A stretch of DNA of 64,000 nt from Patescibacteria group bacterium (GTDB lineage Bacteria > Patescibacteriota > Patescibacteriia > SG8-24 > DYFX01), in the NCBI GenBank assembly GCA_041659045.1, contig JBAZZB010000001.1, positions 262,111 through 326,110 of the forward strand. Reading direction: 5' to 3'. This document shows positions 29,732 to 39,939 of the stretch, in pieces (the stretch's first letter is position 1; each line of letters opens with the position of its first letter). The position numbers were made by a program, and so were the translations under genes. Below the pieces are notes generated by a model. It saw only the letters and a program-made list of their open reading frames with translations. It did no database searches and was not told where the DNA came from.

Positions 29732-31114
29732 ATGACACTACGTACTCGCCTCGCTGCCGTCGCTCTCGTGAGCTTTTCGTTTTTTGGCGTCGTTTCTTCG
29801 GCGCGCGCCGAGGGGCCTCTCATACTCGAAATGTTCGACGGGCGTTTTTACAATCCTGCCTCCGGGCTTTCCGCTGAATCTCCAGGAGCGCTCTTGAAGC
29901 TTCTCGATGCGGGTTCTGCCCCAGCGCCGGTCGTCGAAGCACCAGCAACGCCTGTTGTTACACCTTCGAGCGAACCCGTAGACCCTGCCCAACCGGCTCC
30001 GACGCTCGAAAACGCCGTCCTCCGGGCGCGCGCCGCGCTTCAAGAACGCGTCGATACGGCCGAAAAGAAAAAACCGGATGTCGTCACGAGCTATGACGTC
30101 TGGGTTGATGTTACCTTGGCCGTCTGGAATTCACGCACGAACGAAATTCAGTATCTCGAAGCCAGCAAGAACGGTACGAAACTCAAGTTTACCGAGACAC
30201 CCGATGCGTACTCGGTCAGCGTGAAGCGCAGCAACGGCGTCAACTCGACGTTCGTTGTTGATACGGGGGAGCGCGTCGTCGTGGCCGTTCGCTATCCGAT
30301 TTTCAAATCCATCTCGGTTTCGAAGAAAAAGCCGAAGTACGAATTGCACGACGTCGTCTATACGCCGTATTCCGACGGTTTGCACACGGCTGAAATGGCC
30401 GCGTGGGGTAAGAACGTTCTGCGTCTCGAAATCAACGCGGCTTACGAAGCGCTCCGTTCGACTGGCGTTCGTTCACGCGCTTTTCCCGACCGCTTGATGG
30501 CTGATGTTGTCGATCCGCATCTCGTTGAGGGTATCGCGATCATCGAACACGTCGGTTTGGGCGCACTCTCTGGTCCGAATGCCGAAGAGGCGATGGACGC
30601 CTTCTACGTGACGATGGGCGGCAACCAGGACAAGGCCTACATCTACGCGCGTTCTTCCGCTGGCGCGCTCGGTCTCGTGCAATTCATTCCGAGTACCTAC
30701 GCCATGATGGCCAAGCGCAAGGAATTGAATCTCATCACGGACTTCACCAAAGGCATGTCGGACCCGGTCAACGCCATCAAGGCACAGATCGCCTATCTCG
30801 ACGCAATTCTCGCCTCCATGCCATTGGCGGTGAAAGACATGCATTACGTTGATCCTGCGCGCGTAGATGAATACTTGGCGGCGTCCTACAACACTGGCGA
30901 GACGCGCGTAAAGCGAGCCATCAAGCAGTGGGGCGACGAGTGGTCCGAACCGCATACGGCTGAGATCGCGGCTTTGGCGAAAAAGAAAGGTGCCAAGAGT
31001 GCAGCGGTGAATACAATGAAGAAAGGAACGCTTCTTCCGGAAACCGTAACGTACGTAAAAAAACTCCGGCAGGCGCTGAAAGTGCTCAGCCCGCCGGAGC
31101 TTCCGACGACGTGA
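29732..31114 (+). CDS. Secreted lytic transglycosylase (SLT)-like protein
   Basis: SSAGALGLVQFIPST, AASYNTG and ETVTYV motifs. Confidence 0.75.
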   Translation: MTLRTRLAAVALVSFSFFGVVSSARAEGPLILEMFDGRFYNPASGLSAESPGALLKLLDAGSAPAPVVEAPATPVVTPSSEPVDPAQPAPTLENAVLRARAALQERVDTAEKKKPDVVTSYDVWVDVTLAVWNSRTNEIQYLEASKNGTKLKFTETPDAYSVSVKRSNGVNSTFVVDTGERVVVAVRYPIFKSISVSKKKPKYELHDVVYTPYSDGLHTAEMAAWGKNVLRLEINAAYEALRSTGVRSRAFPDRLMADVVDPHLVEGIAIIEHVGLGALSGPNAEEAMDAFYVTMGGNQDKAYIYARSSAGALGLVQFIPSTYAMMAKRKELNLITDFTKGMSDPVNAIKAQIAYLDAILASMPLAVKDMHYVDPARVDEYLAASYNTGETRVKRAIKQWGDEWSEPHTAEIAALAKKKGAKSAAVNTMKKGTLLPETVTYVKKLRQALKVLSPPELPTT

Positions 31115-31117
31115 TTC

Positions 31118-31957
31118 TTATTTGACGACGTTCTGAAGTTGGAGCTGGAACGCGCGCTGTACGTTCTCGGGTGACAGGAGCTTGAGGGAGGAGGTATTCA
31201 CCTGCTCCTTTTTGCAATTCGAGGTTGTGAGGCAGCTGTCGAAGCAGCCGACGATTTTACCGAGGCACTCGTTGACGCAAGCGGTGTCCGGAACGTGGCA
31301 GGTTTTGCCAGCTTTCGGATCTTCACAGGTCACGACTCTCGGAGGGCAAGCGACGAAGCACTTTGCCGAAGTGTCTTCCGTACAGCCGTTCGTTTTAACG
31401 CACGTGTCGAACGTTGTGGTGTTGCAGGAAAGTGACGTCGCGTCGGTCGTGGTGGTGGTCACAGCCTTCGGCGCCTCGGCCATTTCAGCAATGATGGGCG
31501 TCACTGCAGCTTTGAGTTCGACCGTCGCCTCTGTCGGTGCCGCGGCCAAGCCTTCTTGCAAGAGTGTCTGAGACGCCGTTGTCGAAACCGTGATCATTTC
31601 CGTCAGCGATGTCGAGAGTTCCGTCGTACTGGCCTTTGAAGCTGTTACAACAGCGGAGTCGACAAGCGACAGCGATGCTTCAGCGGAGGCGATCGATTGT
31701 TCAATCTTGCCTTCGGAGCTCATGACGGCAGATTCGGCGGCGCGCTCTTCGGAAACAGCGAGTGTCGTCTCGACTTTCGACTCTGTCGAGAACGAGAGAG
31801 CGATCGCGATCGAGTCGATCGTCTTATCGAAGAAGCTGAGCGGGCTGTCTGGCAAGATGCCAGCGGTTTCGAAGGTCGCGTCAGACAATGCAGCGGCGGA
31901 AACCGGCAAAGCGAGCGCGATTCCGAGTGCGGCGATTGCGGCGGCGGTAATTCGCAT
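31118..31957 (-). CDS. Secreted DUF5667-like protein with Cys-rich C-terminus
   Basis: Signal peptide; AGILPDSPL..F and EERAAE; Cys-rich tail. Confidence 0.65.
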   Translation of the reverse strand: MRITAAAIAALGIALALPVSAAALSDATFETAGILPDSPLSFFDKTIDSIAIALSFSTESKVETTLAVSEERAAESAVMSSEGKIEQSIASAEASLSLVDSAVVTASKASTTELSTSLTEMITVSTTASQTLLQEGLAAAPTEATVELKAAVTPIIAEMAEAPKAVTTTTTDATSLSCNTTTFDTCVKTNGCTEDTSAKCFVACPPRVVTCEDPKAGKTCHVPDTACVNECLGKIVGCFDSCLTTSNCKKEQVNTSSLKLLSPENVQRAFQLQLQNVVK

Positions 31958-32021
31958 AAAAAGAATAATGAATATCGTTCTCAGGTTACCACGCGAGAAG
32001 GCTGTGCTACAATGCGGACAT

Positions 32022-34634
32022 ATGCGGAAGCTCCGCTTTTTCGTTGCCGCGACGTTTTTATTGTTCGGCGCGCCTTTCACGGCGTCGGCCGCGAGTTCGC
32101 TGATCAAGGGTTCGTCGCCCGCGGTCTACTACGTCGATGAAGGCAAACGCTACGTCTTTCCAAACGAGAAAATATATTTCTCGTGGTATTCGGGTTTCTC
32201 GGACGTGCGGCAAGTTTCCGACGAAGAACTCGCGTCGTATCTGATCGGTGGCAACGTCACCTATAAACCGGCCTCCCGACTCGTGAAGCTGCAAAGCGAC
32301 CCGCGCGTGTTTGCGATCGGCGCCGGCGGCCGACTTCGTTGGCTTTCATCCGAGAGCGCAGCGCGCGGTTTGTATGGCGATGATTGGAATAAAAAAGTTG
32401 ATGATCTCTCCGACGCCTTCTTCTTCGCCTATAAAGAGGGGGAGCCAGTCGCTTCGGCGGCGGATTTTGATAAAGCGGGGGAGCAAGCGATCGGTTCCAT
32501 TGCCGATGATTTGGCGGCCAGGAGCGGCACGCCGGTTTCATTGGAAGCTACGGCGGTCAAAACCGGGTTATGGAGCGATCCGAGTGTCTGGGGCGGCGCA
32601 CGTCCTGCCTCGGGAGCGCGCGTGACGATTCCATTCGGACAAAAGGTCACCTATGACATGGAGAACGGGCCAACCTTGAAATCGCTCGACGTGCGCGGCG
32701 CTCTTGAGTTCGCGCAGGATCGTTCGATGCGTCTTGCCTCGCGGCAGATCACGGTAAGCGGCTCGATGTCGGCCGGCAGTGCTGGCGCGCCACTACGTGC
32801 CGATAAGCGCCTCGAGATCGCTCTTACGGGTGCGGCGACCACGGCGGTCGCGGATGATGGACTTCTTATTGATGGAGGCACCTTAGCGCTCTATGGCGCG
32901 GATGTCGGCTTTGCCTGGACACGCCTCGCGTCACCTGCAGAAACGGGCGCGACGAGTATCGTACTTGTTGCACCGGTTGCCTGGCCGGTCGGTTCCGAAA
33001 TTGCCATTTTGGGAGCAAGTAATGAAGAACAGGAAACGCGCGTGGTGAAAGCAGTCGATGGTGCGACGCTGATGCTTGATCGCCCGCTCGAAAAAATACA
33101 TCGCGCGGAAGAGGGGTTGCGCTCTGAGGTTGCGCTGCTTGATCGCAATATTGAGATTCAGGGGGTCGGCAACGGTTTCGGTGCCTACGTGCGCGGTATC
33201 AATCGCGCCTCGATCGCGCTACGTAACGTCGAACTCTCTTCGCTTGGTCGCAAAGGCGTCGCGGGACAGTATCCGCTCATGCTCGACGGCGTGACAAACC
33301 CGATCTTTGCTTCGAGCGTTGTTAAAGACGCGGGAAATCGCTGTGTCACGCTCAGGCAAACAACTGGCGCTGAAATCAGTGACAACGTCGCGATCAACGT
33401 CTACGGTCATTGCTTCGCGACCGAAGATGGAGCGGAAACAAACAACGTGTTTTCCGGAAACTTGGCGGCGCGCGTGCGAGGAGGTGCTCTGCCTGGCGAC
33501 GGCGCGCCAGCGGCGTTTTTGTTTCGTCACCCAGGCAACTCCGTGGAGCGCAACGTCGCGGTCGGCGCCGACGGTTTTGGTTTCTGGTATCTGCTTTCCA
33601 ATGACGCGACAACGAACGCCGGTATTCGACTGCATCCTCGCGAGGCGAAATTGGGTTCGTTCATAGATAATACGGCAAGGAGCAGCGCCAAAATTGGTTT
33701 GTACGTCGACAACGGCAAAGGGAGCGGAGATTATATTCCGGAATCCAAGGCTGTGTTCTCCGGTCTGACGAGTGTTATGAGCGGCGAGCGCGGATTCTGG
33801 ATTCGTGGCGTGAATCTTGAGGTAACGGACGCGTTCCTCGCAGAGAATCCGATCGGCGGCACATTCGCGGCCTTTGGTGCCTCGTTGAAGAATTCAAAAG
33901 TGATGGGAAGACTCGAAGGATCATCTGAGGCGACTTCCGCGCGATACGGTTTTACTTTCGATGACGGTCCGATCAGCGTCCAAAACGTGGCATTCTCGCA
34001 TTTTACAGGCGGTGCCTCGGCTCTTGGTTTTGAAGAGAAAAACGAAGAACTGCCGGATGCACGCAATAGTTTCAGTGGCCTGACGTTCACGGACGCCGAT
34101 GCCTGGCACGCGGCAGATCCTGAGACGGCGGGAGATTTTATGGCGATGGCGCGCGATCTCGACGCGGGGAATGTTGTGGCAATGAATTCCGTATTCCTCG
34201 GACCTTCATGCGAGAAGATGAAGGGAAACATGCGCCGCTGTTCCAGTCCGTTCGCGCAACTTGAAGTGGTGCTGCGTGGCGGCTTGAGTAACAAGAATGT
34301 CATCTTTACCGAACTCGGCAACGACGCCGCGGTTACGCTCACGCCAGGAGCGGCTTTCGATGGCGAATACGCGTACGCTACGGTGGCGGAAGGGGGAGCC
34401 TATCGCGTGGAAATTGCTTCGGTGCCCGTGCTTGATATCAGCTACAATGGTTTGACGCTGCCGCTTCTCGTGCGCGTACCCTCCGGTCTCGGTTCCGTCG
34501 TGCGCAAGGATGGTGCGGTGTTGGAGAAGAAAGAAGTAGCGGCGCTCACGATTGGAAGCTGGGCGTACGACGCCACGACTTCCGAAGCCGTGCTTTGGCT
34601 GCGCCCCGGCGACGATTTCGAATTGACGCGTTAA
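32022..34634 (+). CDS. Secreted G8-domain / parallel beta-helix protein (TMEM2/CEMIP-like)
   Basis: Signal peptide; GLWSDPSVW (G8 start), WTRL, EVALLDRNI, GQYP, NRCVTL and GHCFATEDG motifs. Confidence 0.8.
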   Translation: MRKLRFFVAATFLLFGAPFTASAASSLIKGSSPAVYYVDEGKRYVFPNEKIYFSWYSGFSDVRQVSDEELASYLIGGNVTYKPASRLVKLQSDPRVFAIGAGGRLRWLSSESAARGLYGDDWNKKVDDLSDAFFFAYKEGEPVASAADFDKAGEQAIGSIADDLAARSGTPVSLEATAVKTGLWSDPSVWGGARPASGARVTIPFGQKVTYDMENGPTLKSLDVRGALEFAQDRSMRLASRQITVSGSMSAGSAGAPLRADKRLEIALTGAATTAVADDGLLIDGGTLALYGADVGFAWTRLASPAETGATSIVLVAPVAWPVGSEIAILGASNEEQETRVVKAVDGATLMLDRPLEKIHRAEEGLRSEVALLDRNIEIQGVGNGFGAYVRGINRASIALRNVELSSLGRKGVAGQYPLMLDGVTNPIFASSVVKDAGNRCVTLRQTTGAEISDNVAINVYGHCFATEDGAETNNVFSGNLAARVRGGALPGDGAPAAFLFRHPGNSVERNVAVGADGFGFWYLLSNDATTNAGIRLHPREAKLGSFIDNTARSSAKIGLYVDNGKGSGDYIPESKAVFSGLTSVMSGERGFWIRGVNLEVTDAFLAENPIGGTFAAFGASLKNSKVMGRLEGSSEATSARYGFTFDDGPISVQNVAFSHFTGGASALGFEEKNEELPDARNSFSGLTFTDADAWHAADPETAGDFMAMARDLDAGNVVAMNSVFLGPSCEKMKGNMRRCSSPFAQLEVVLRGGLSNKNVIFTELGNDAAVTLTPGAAFDGEYAYATVAEGGAYRVEIASVPVLDISYNGLTLPLLVRVPSGLGSVVRKDGAVLEKKEVAALTIGSWAYDATTSEAVLWLRPGDDFELTR

Positions 34635-34638
34635 CGCT

Positions 34639-34989
34639 ATGGTTCGCATTCTCCTTCATCTGTTGATTCTCCCGGCGATGCTTTGGGTCGAGCATCGCAG
34701 CGTTACACGTCTCGCGCCGCATCGCGCGATGATGCTGTGGTATCTGCTCGGCGTACCGCTCATGCTGCTTGAAGCCCTGGATTCCGATCTGTCCTGGAAA
34801 TGGCTTTTCCTTCAAAGTCTCGTCTCTGCGTTCTTCTTTCTGCCGGGCGTCTACGCCGCGTTTCGTTTGGCAAAGGCACGCGGCGGCATCTGGCTGCCTC
34901 TGCTCGTCTATCTCGCGTTTTCTGTCGGTGCCAGTCTTCTTGCTGGGCTCGCGCTCGCACACACACCGTTCGCGTTCGGAAAGCTTTAA
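34639..34989 (+). CDS. Hypothetical membrane protein
   Basis: Four hydrophobic segments. Confidence 0.6.
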   Translation: MVRILLHLLILPAMLWVEHRSVTRLAPHRAMMLWYLLGVPLMLLEALDSDLSWKWLFLQSLVSAFFFLPGVYAAFRLAKARGGIWLPLLVYLAFSVGASLLAGLALAHTPFAFGKL

Positions 34990-35012
34990 GACACGTGCTA
35001 CACTAGGTGCGT

Positions 35013-36356
35013 ATGGCCTTGCGCTACGATTTCTTGGGCATGATGAGGAATCGCGTCGGCGCGGAAGGTGTCTCTCCGGAAGAACTACAAGCTATTGCTG
35101 GATGGTTGGAGGCCTCACGTCGCGCCCTCTTGGATCGGAAAAAAGCCGGTGAGCTCGGTTTTTTCGACGTACCCAAGAAGCGCCCGAGCCGCGAAGCCAT
35201 GTCTTCGATCCTTCGCGCGCTCGATCCAGAGATCGACACGCTTGTCGTTGTCGGCATCGGCGGATCATTGCTCGGCACGCAGGCGGTGTATGAAGCATTG
35301 AAAGGTTTGGAAACGCTGAAACGCGGAGCGCGCGCCATGAAACTCGTCTTCGCAGGCGACGCCACCGATCCTCGTGCTGTGCGCGACGTTTTTGAAAGCG
35401 TTGATTGGAAACGCGTGGCCATCAACATTGTTTCGAAGAGCGGTGACACCATCGAACCGATGGCGATTTTTACAATGCTGCGCCATGAACTCATTCGTGC
35501 GGTCGGCCTTGAAAAGGCGATGAAGCGCATCATTGCCACGACGGACGCAAAAAAGGGGACGCTCCACGATATCGCCGCGCGTGAGGGATATTCCACGCTG
35601 CCGGTGCCGAACAATGTCGGCGGACGCTTCTCGGTCTTTACCGAAGTTGGCGCGTTTCCGCTTTTGGCGGCGGGTATCAACATTGATGAGTTGTGGAAGG
35701 GCGCGGCGTCTGAAGATGCTGATTTTTGGAAAGCCTCACCGCTCAAATCCACGCCGATGGTCTACGCCGCACTTCAGTGGTTGTTGTATCGCCGCGGAAA
35801 AACGATTTCGGTTTTCATGCCGTATGCCAAACGCCTAACACTCGTCGGGCAATGGTATCGCCAGCTGTGGGCGGAGAGTCTTGGTAAGAAAACCGATCGC
35901 AAGAAAAAACGCATCGACGTCGGTCCGACGCCCGTCGCGGCCATTGGTCCGGCCGATCAGCACTCGCAGATTCAACTGTATAACGAAGGTCCATCCGATA
36001 AGATCGTGACGTTTGTTGAAGTCGACGATTTTGACATCGATGCGCGTTTGCCGGAGCCGTGGTCTGACATCGAAGGCGTTTCGTATTTCTCTGGACACAC
36101 GCTGCGTAAAATTGTGCATGCCGAACGCCAAGCCACAGCAGAAGCGTTGACGGAAAACCGCCGACCGAACGGCACGCTGCACCTTCCCGACCTCACCGGG
36201 CGTTCGCTCGGCGCACTCATGCAGAGTTTGATGATCGCGACCGCCGTGGCGGGCGAACTCTTCGACGTGAACGCTTTCGATCAACCGGGCGTCGAAGCCG
36301 GTAAAAAACACATGTACCGTCTCCTCGGCCGTAAAGGCTTCTCAGATCGTTTGTGA
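35013..36356 (+). CDS. pgi: Glucose-6-phosphate isomerase
   Basis: GIGGS, SKSGDT, GGRFSV, QLWAESLGK, DQHS and FDQPGVEAGK motifs. Confidence 0.96.
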   Translation: MALRYDFLGMMRNRVGAEGVSPEELQAIAGWLEASRRALLDRKKAGELGFFDVPKKRPSREAMSSILRALDPEIDTLVVVGIGGSLLGTQAVYEALKGLETLKRGARAMKLVFAGDATDPRAVRDVFESVDWKRVAINIVSKSGDTIEPMAIFTMLRHELIRAVGLEKAMKRIIATTDAKKGTLHDIAAREGYSTLPVPNNVGGRFSVFTEVGAFPLLAAGINIDELWKGAASEDADFWKASPLKSTPMVYAALQWLLYRRGKTISVFMPYAKRLTLVGQWYRQLWAESLGKKTDRKKKRIDVGPTPVAAIGPADQHSQIQLYNEGPSDKIVTFVEVDDFDIDARLPEPWSDIEGVSYFSGHTLRKIVHAERQATAEALTENRRPNGTLHLPDLTGRSLGALMQSLMIATAVAGELFDVNAFDQPGVEAGKKHMYRLLGRKGFSDRL

Positions 36357-36556
36357 AAAACGCATCCGCGCGGCCGACTCTGTTTACGCTTATGGCGCGC
36401 CTCACGGCTGCAGCACGGCAAAAACTCGGCGAACGGCGCCGAGAGCTGAAGACGCGCGACGGCGTTGAAGAACGCTTGGTTGAGGTGAAAAAAGGGGAGT
36501 GGCAGCTGGAGTATTGGCGCGAAAAAGAAAAACTAGAAGTAATCCCGCTGACATGA
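36353..36556 (+). CDS. Small hypothetical protein
   Basis: Fills the gap with GTGA and ATGA overlaps on both sides. Confidence 0.45.
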   Translation: MKNASARPTLFTLMARLTAAARQKLGERRRELKTRDGVEERLVEVKKGEWQLEYWREKEKLEVIPLT

Positions 36557-37197
36557 ATCGAAAAACATTTCTCGTGATGTGCGCGCTGATCGTCGCGTGC
36601 GTCGCCGCAAGCCTATTTTTCTACCCGCAATTTCCCGAGCGCTTTGCGTCGCATTGGAACGCGGCAGGGCAGGCTGATGGTTGGATGTCAAAATCGTTCG
36701 GTGCGTTTTTCGTGCCTGGCATGATGCTTTTCTTCATTGGCCTCTACGCGCTCATTCCGCGCATTGATCCGCTCAAGAAAAATCTTGGTGCCTTCCGAAA
36801 AGAGTACGACCTTTTGTGGCTTGCGCTCACCATATTCTTCGCCTACGTTCACGGTATCACTGTGCTGTGGAACCTTGGCGCGCGCTTCGGCTTCGTTCGC
36901 TGGATGACGCCGGCCTTTGCCGGGCTGTGGTACGTTCTTGGAATCGTTCTGAGTCGTGCCAAGCGAAATTGGTTCGTCGGCATCCGCACACCGTGGACAT
37001 TGGCCAGCGATATCGTCTGGGATAAGACGCATGAATTCGGTTCCAAACTGTTCAAGACGACAGCACTCATTGCGCTTTTTGGCCTGCTGCTGCCGACCGA
37101 ACTGGTTGTGTGGTGCATCTTGATCCCGGCGCTCGTTACGTCTCTTGCGACGATCGTCTACTCTTTTGTTGTTTGGAAACGTTTGCCTCTTCCATGA
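36553..37197 (+). CDS. SdpI/DUF1648 family membrane protein
   Basis: SHWNAAGQADG, NWFVGIRTPWTL and WDKTH motifs. Confidence 0.88.
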   Translation: MNRKTFLVMCALIVACVAASLFFYPQFPERFASHWNAAGQADGWMSKSFGAFFVPGMMLFFIGLYALIPRIDPLKKNLGAFRKEYDLLWLALTIFFAYVHGITVLWNLGARFGFVRWMTPAFAGLWYVLGIVLSRAKRNWFVGIRTPWTLASDIVWDKTHEFGSKLFKTTALIALFGLLLPTELVVWCILIPALVTSLATIVYSFVVWKRLPLP

Positions 37198-37910
37198 AAT
37201 CTGTAGGTTTCCTTTTGATTCACGGCGCGGGACTCGGTGCTTGGGCGTGGGATCGCGTCACGCCGCTTTTGAAGTACCCGGCTCTGGCCGTCGATTTGCC
37301 GATGCGCGGGGATCCAAATAAAGCGATGAGCGCCTTGAAACTTGAAGATTACGTCCAGGCGGTTGTGGACGCCGCGGCTGCGTTTCCTGTCGAAAAAATC
37401 GTTCTTGTCGGCCACTCGATTGGCGGTGAAATCGCGCTCCGGGTCGCGACACGTATGCCTGAGCGCGTCGCCGGTATCGTCTTCGTAAGCGCCGTCATTC
37501 CGCAGCCTGGCAAGGCCATGGTTTCAATCCGTCCTTGGCTGGAACGTTTCTTCATGCATCTCACGGCCCGTTTTGGAGCCCTTAAACCTCCTCCGAAGGT
37601 CGTGCGCACTCGGGCCGCCAACGACCTCGACGAAGAAACGATCTCACTTGTTTTGAAGAAGTATTCCCCCGAGAGTCCGCGGATCTTTCTCGACAAAGCG
37701 GAATGGTCGCTGCCTGAATCGTTGCCGCGTTGGTACGTCAAAACGCTCAATGATCGGAGCGTGCCACCGCTCTTGCAGGACACGCTTCTCGCGCGCGTCT
37801 TGCCGTCGCGCGCCCCAACGATCGTTTCAGGTCATTACCCGATGCTTGCCAAGCCAGCGGAGCTTGCTACTATTCTGAATGATTTTATTCTTCATTACGC
37901 GCTCGCATGA
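37194..37910 (+). CDS. Alpha/beta hydrolase
   Basis: IHGAG, GHSIGG, DRSV and SGHYP motifs. Confidence 0.88.
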   Translation: MKSVGFLLIHGAGLGAWAWDRVTPLLKYPALAVDLPMRGDPNKAMSALKLEDYVQAVVDAAAAFPVEKIVLVGHSIGGEIALRVATRMPERVAGIVFVSAVIPQPGKAMVSIRPWLERFFMHLTARFGALKPPPKVVRTRAANDLDEETISLVLKKYSPESPRIFLDKAEWSLPESLPRWYVKTLNDRSVPPLLQDTLLARVLPSRAPTIVSGHYPMLAKPAELATILNDFILHYALA

Positions 37911-38302
37911 ATAGCATCGTCCACTTCGAGATCCACGCAACCGAACCAGAGAAACTTGGCGAGTTTTACAAAGCGCTTTTTGGTTGGGAAATCGTAAAGT
38001 ACGAATTGCCCGGCATGGAGTACTGGGGCGTCATCACGGCAGAAAAAGGCGCGCCGAATGCCATCAACGGCGGCTTGGTGAAGCGCGGTGTGCCCGCACC
38101 GTCTCTTGGCGCGACTCCTAGCGCGTTTGTTTGCACCGTCCAAGTCGACGATATCGACGCCATGATGAAAAAAGCGGCCGAGCTTGGCGCAGTCGAAGCC
38201 ATGGCAAAATTCGCCCTGCCCGGAATGGCTTGGCAGGGGTATATGATCGATCCGGACCATAATATCTTCGGCCTGCATCAGGCTGATCCTAACGCCAAGT
38301 AA
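37907..38302 (+). CDS. VOC/glyoxalase family protein
   Basis: VHFEI, FYKALFGW, INGG and DPDHNIFGL motifs. Confidence 0.88.
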   Translation: MNSIVHFEIHATEPEKLGEFYKALFGWEIVKYELPGMEYWGVITAEKGAPNAINGGLVKRGVPAPSLGATPSAFVCTVQVDDIDAMMKKAAELGAVEAMAKFALPGMAWQGYMIDPDHNIFGLHQADPNAK

Positions 38303-38311
38303 TCTTTTCCC

Positions 38312-38677
38312 ATGTCATACGTCGACGGTTTCGTACTTGTCGCTTCGAAAAAGAACCTTGCGGCGTATCGCCGGATGGCTACCCAAGGAGCAAAAGTCTG
38401 GATGAAATACGGCGCACTCGCATACTACGAATGCGTCGGCGATGATCTGCATGCGAAACATGTGACGTTGCCGTTTCCGAAGATGGTGAGCGCCAAAAAG
38501 AACGAGACGGTCATTTTCTCCTTCATCGTCTTCAAGTCGCGCGCACACCGGGATATGGTCAATGCAAAAGTGATGAAGGATCCGTCCATGAGCGAAGAGA
38601 ACTGGAAGGATAAGCCAATGCCGTTCGATATGAAACGCATGGCGTACGGCGGCTTCAAAGTCATTGTCGAGGCGTAA
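38312..38677 (+). CDS. DUF1428 (YbaA-like) protein
   Basis: YVDGFV, GALAYYEC and MPFDMKRMAYGGF motifs. Confidence 0.88.
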   Translation: MSYVDGFVLVASKKNLAAYRRMATQGAKVWMKYGALAYYECVGDDLHAKHVTLPFPKMVSAKKNETVIFSFIVFKSRAHRDMVNAKVMKDPSMSEENWKDKPMPFDMKRMAYGGFKVIVEA

Positions 38678-38714
38678 TGTTACGTTTCGTTTGTTCGGCC
38701 GTAGACATTGGTAT

Positions 38715-39305
38715 ATGAAACACTACATTCTTATCGCAACAGCGATCGTTGTGATGGGTGCCGGCTGTATTTCAGCTCCTGAAACGCCTGTGGGCGCGGG
38801 TGGAGCCGCAGGCACACAGCTTGAAGGCACACCGCCCGTGAACGACACGCCGGACGCCAAGATCATGGCACCACAGCGCGCTGAGGACGCGGTCTACGTC
38901 ATCGATGGCAAGCCCGTGACGCTTCGTGATGGCAAGGCGCAGATCTTCTTGAATCCTGGCATGGCTTCAAGCGAGACAGTCCGGATTTTCGGTACGCCGG
39001 TACGCACCGATCTGGACGGAGACAGCGACGCGGACGCGGCCGTACTCTTGGAACAAGACAAAAGCGGTTCGGGTCGCTTCTACTATGTCGCCGCGGCCAT
39101 CGCTGAAGACGGCTACGTCCAGGGCACGAACGCAATTCTGCTGGGCGACCGTATCGCTCCGCAGACGCTGGAGACTCAGGGCGGCCTGATCCTTGCGAAC
39201 TTCGCGGTGCGCAAGCCGGGCGAACCCATGACCACACAACCGTCAGTTGGTGTGACCGAACGCTTCCGCATCGAAAATGGCGAACTGGTCAGCGTCAAAC
39301 CGTAA
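38715..39305 (+). CDS. Exported protein or lipoprotein (GAGC signal)
   Basis: MGAGC, DLDGD..D and GSGRFYY...LLGDRI. Confidence 0.7.
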   Translation: MKHYILIATAIVVMGAGCISAPETPVGAGGAAGTQLEGTPPVNDTPDAKIMAPQRAEDAVYVIDGKPVTLRDGKAQIFLNPGMASSETVRIFGTPVRTDLDGDSDADAAVLLEQDKSGSGRFYYVAAAIAEDGYVQGTNAILLGDRIAPQTLETQGGLILANFAVRKPGEPMTTQPSVGVTERFRIENGELVSVKP

Positions 39306-39312
39306 ACGCGAG

Positions 39313-39344
39313 AACTCCCCGAAAGGGGAGTTTTTGTGTAGGAT
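39313..39344 (+). terminator. Terminator fused to a -10 box
   Basis: CTCCCC GAAA GGGGAG TTTTT GTG TAGGAT. Confidence 0.75.
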
Positions 39345-39360
39345 AGCGCCTGGAGGAAAC

Positions 39361-39912
39361 GTGAAGATCATTCTACCGAAGACGCGCGTCGAAATTGATC
39401 CGAACTACGGACCATTGTTCTATCTCATGGGGCCGATTCGCGGCGGTGGCGATTGGCAACGCCATTGCTGTCGCATGATCGAGTCGCGCATCCCGAACTT
39501 CTATGCCGCTGTTCCATGTCGCTGGACGGAGTTCCACCCGCTCTACAAGTACGGTGCGACGGGAACTCCCGGTGCCTTCGCTCGACAGCTCAACTGGGAG
39601 CGGTACTACATCGAACTGGCCGCCAAGACTGGCTGTCTGCTCTTCTGGCTCCCTGCCGAGCATCACGCTGCCAAGCATCCCGGACCGGAGCCGTACGCGA
39701 TGGATACGCGCGGCGAGCTGGGGGAATGGCGCGGACGCATGATGCACGAACGCGGACAGCGCGTCGTGATCGGCGGTGAGCCAGCCTTCCACGGTATGAG
39801 CCAGATCCAGCGCAACTTCAGCTTGGCGCTCGGATACGAATTTCCGATCTACCCGTCGCTCGATGCGACGATCACAGCTGCTATCGCGGCCCTCTCTCCC
39901 ACCGCTCCCTGA
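39361..39912 (+). CDS. Nucleoside 2-deoxyribosyltransferase-like protein
   Basis: YLMGPI...DWQ, RQLNWE, LLFW and TRGELG; GTG start with GGAGG SD. Confidence 0.65.
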   Translation: MKIILPKTRVEIDPNYGPLFYLMGPIRGGGDWQRHCCRMIESRIPNFYAAVPCRWTEFHPLYKYGATGTPGAFARQLNWERYYIELAAKTGCLLFWLPAEHHAAKHPGPEPYAMDTRGELGEWRGRMMHERGQRVVIGGEPAFHGMSQIQRNFSLALGYEFPIYPSLDATITAAIAALSPTAP

Positions 39913-39939
39913 AAAGGGAGTTTTTGCTATACTGAAGCC

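Noticed and set aside
31590-32021. Extended start of the 1014-aa ORF
   Set aside because: Antisense to 31118-31957; the signal peptide and TACAAT support 32022
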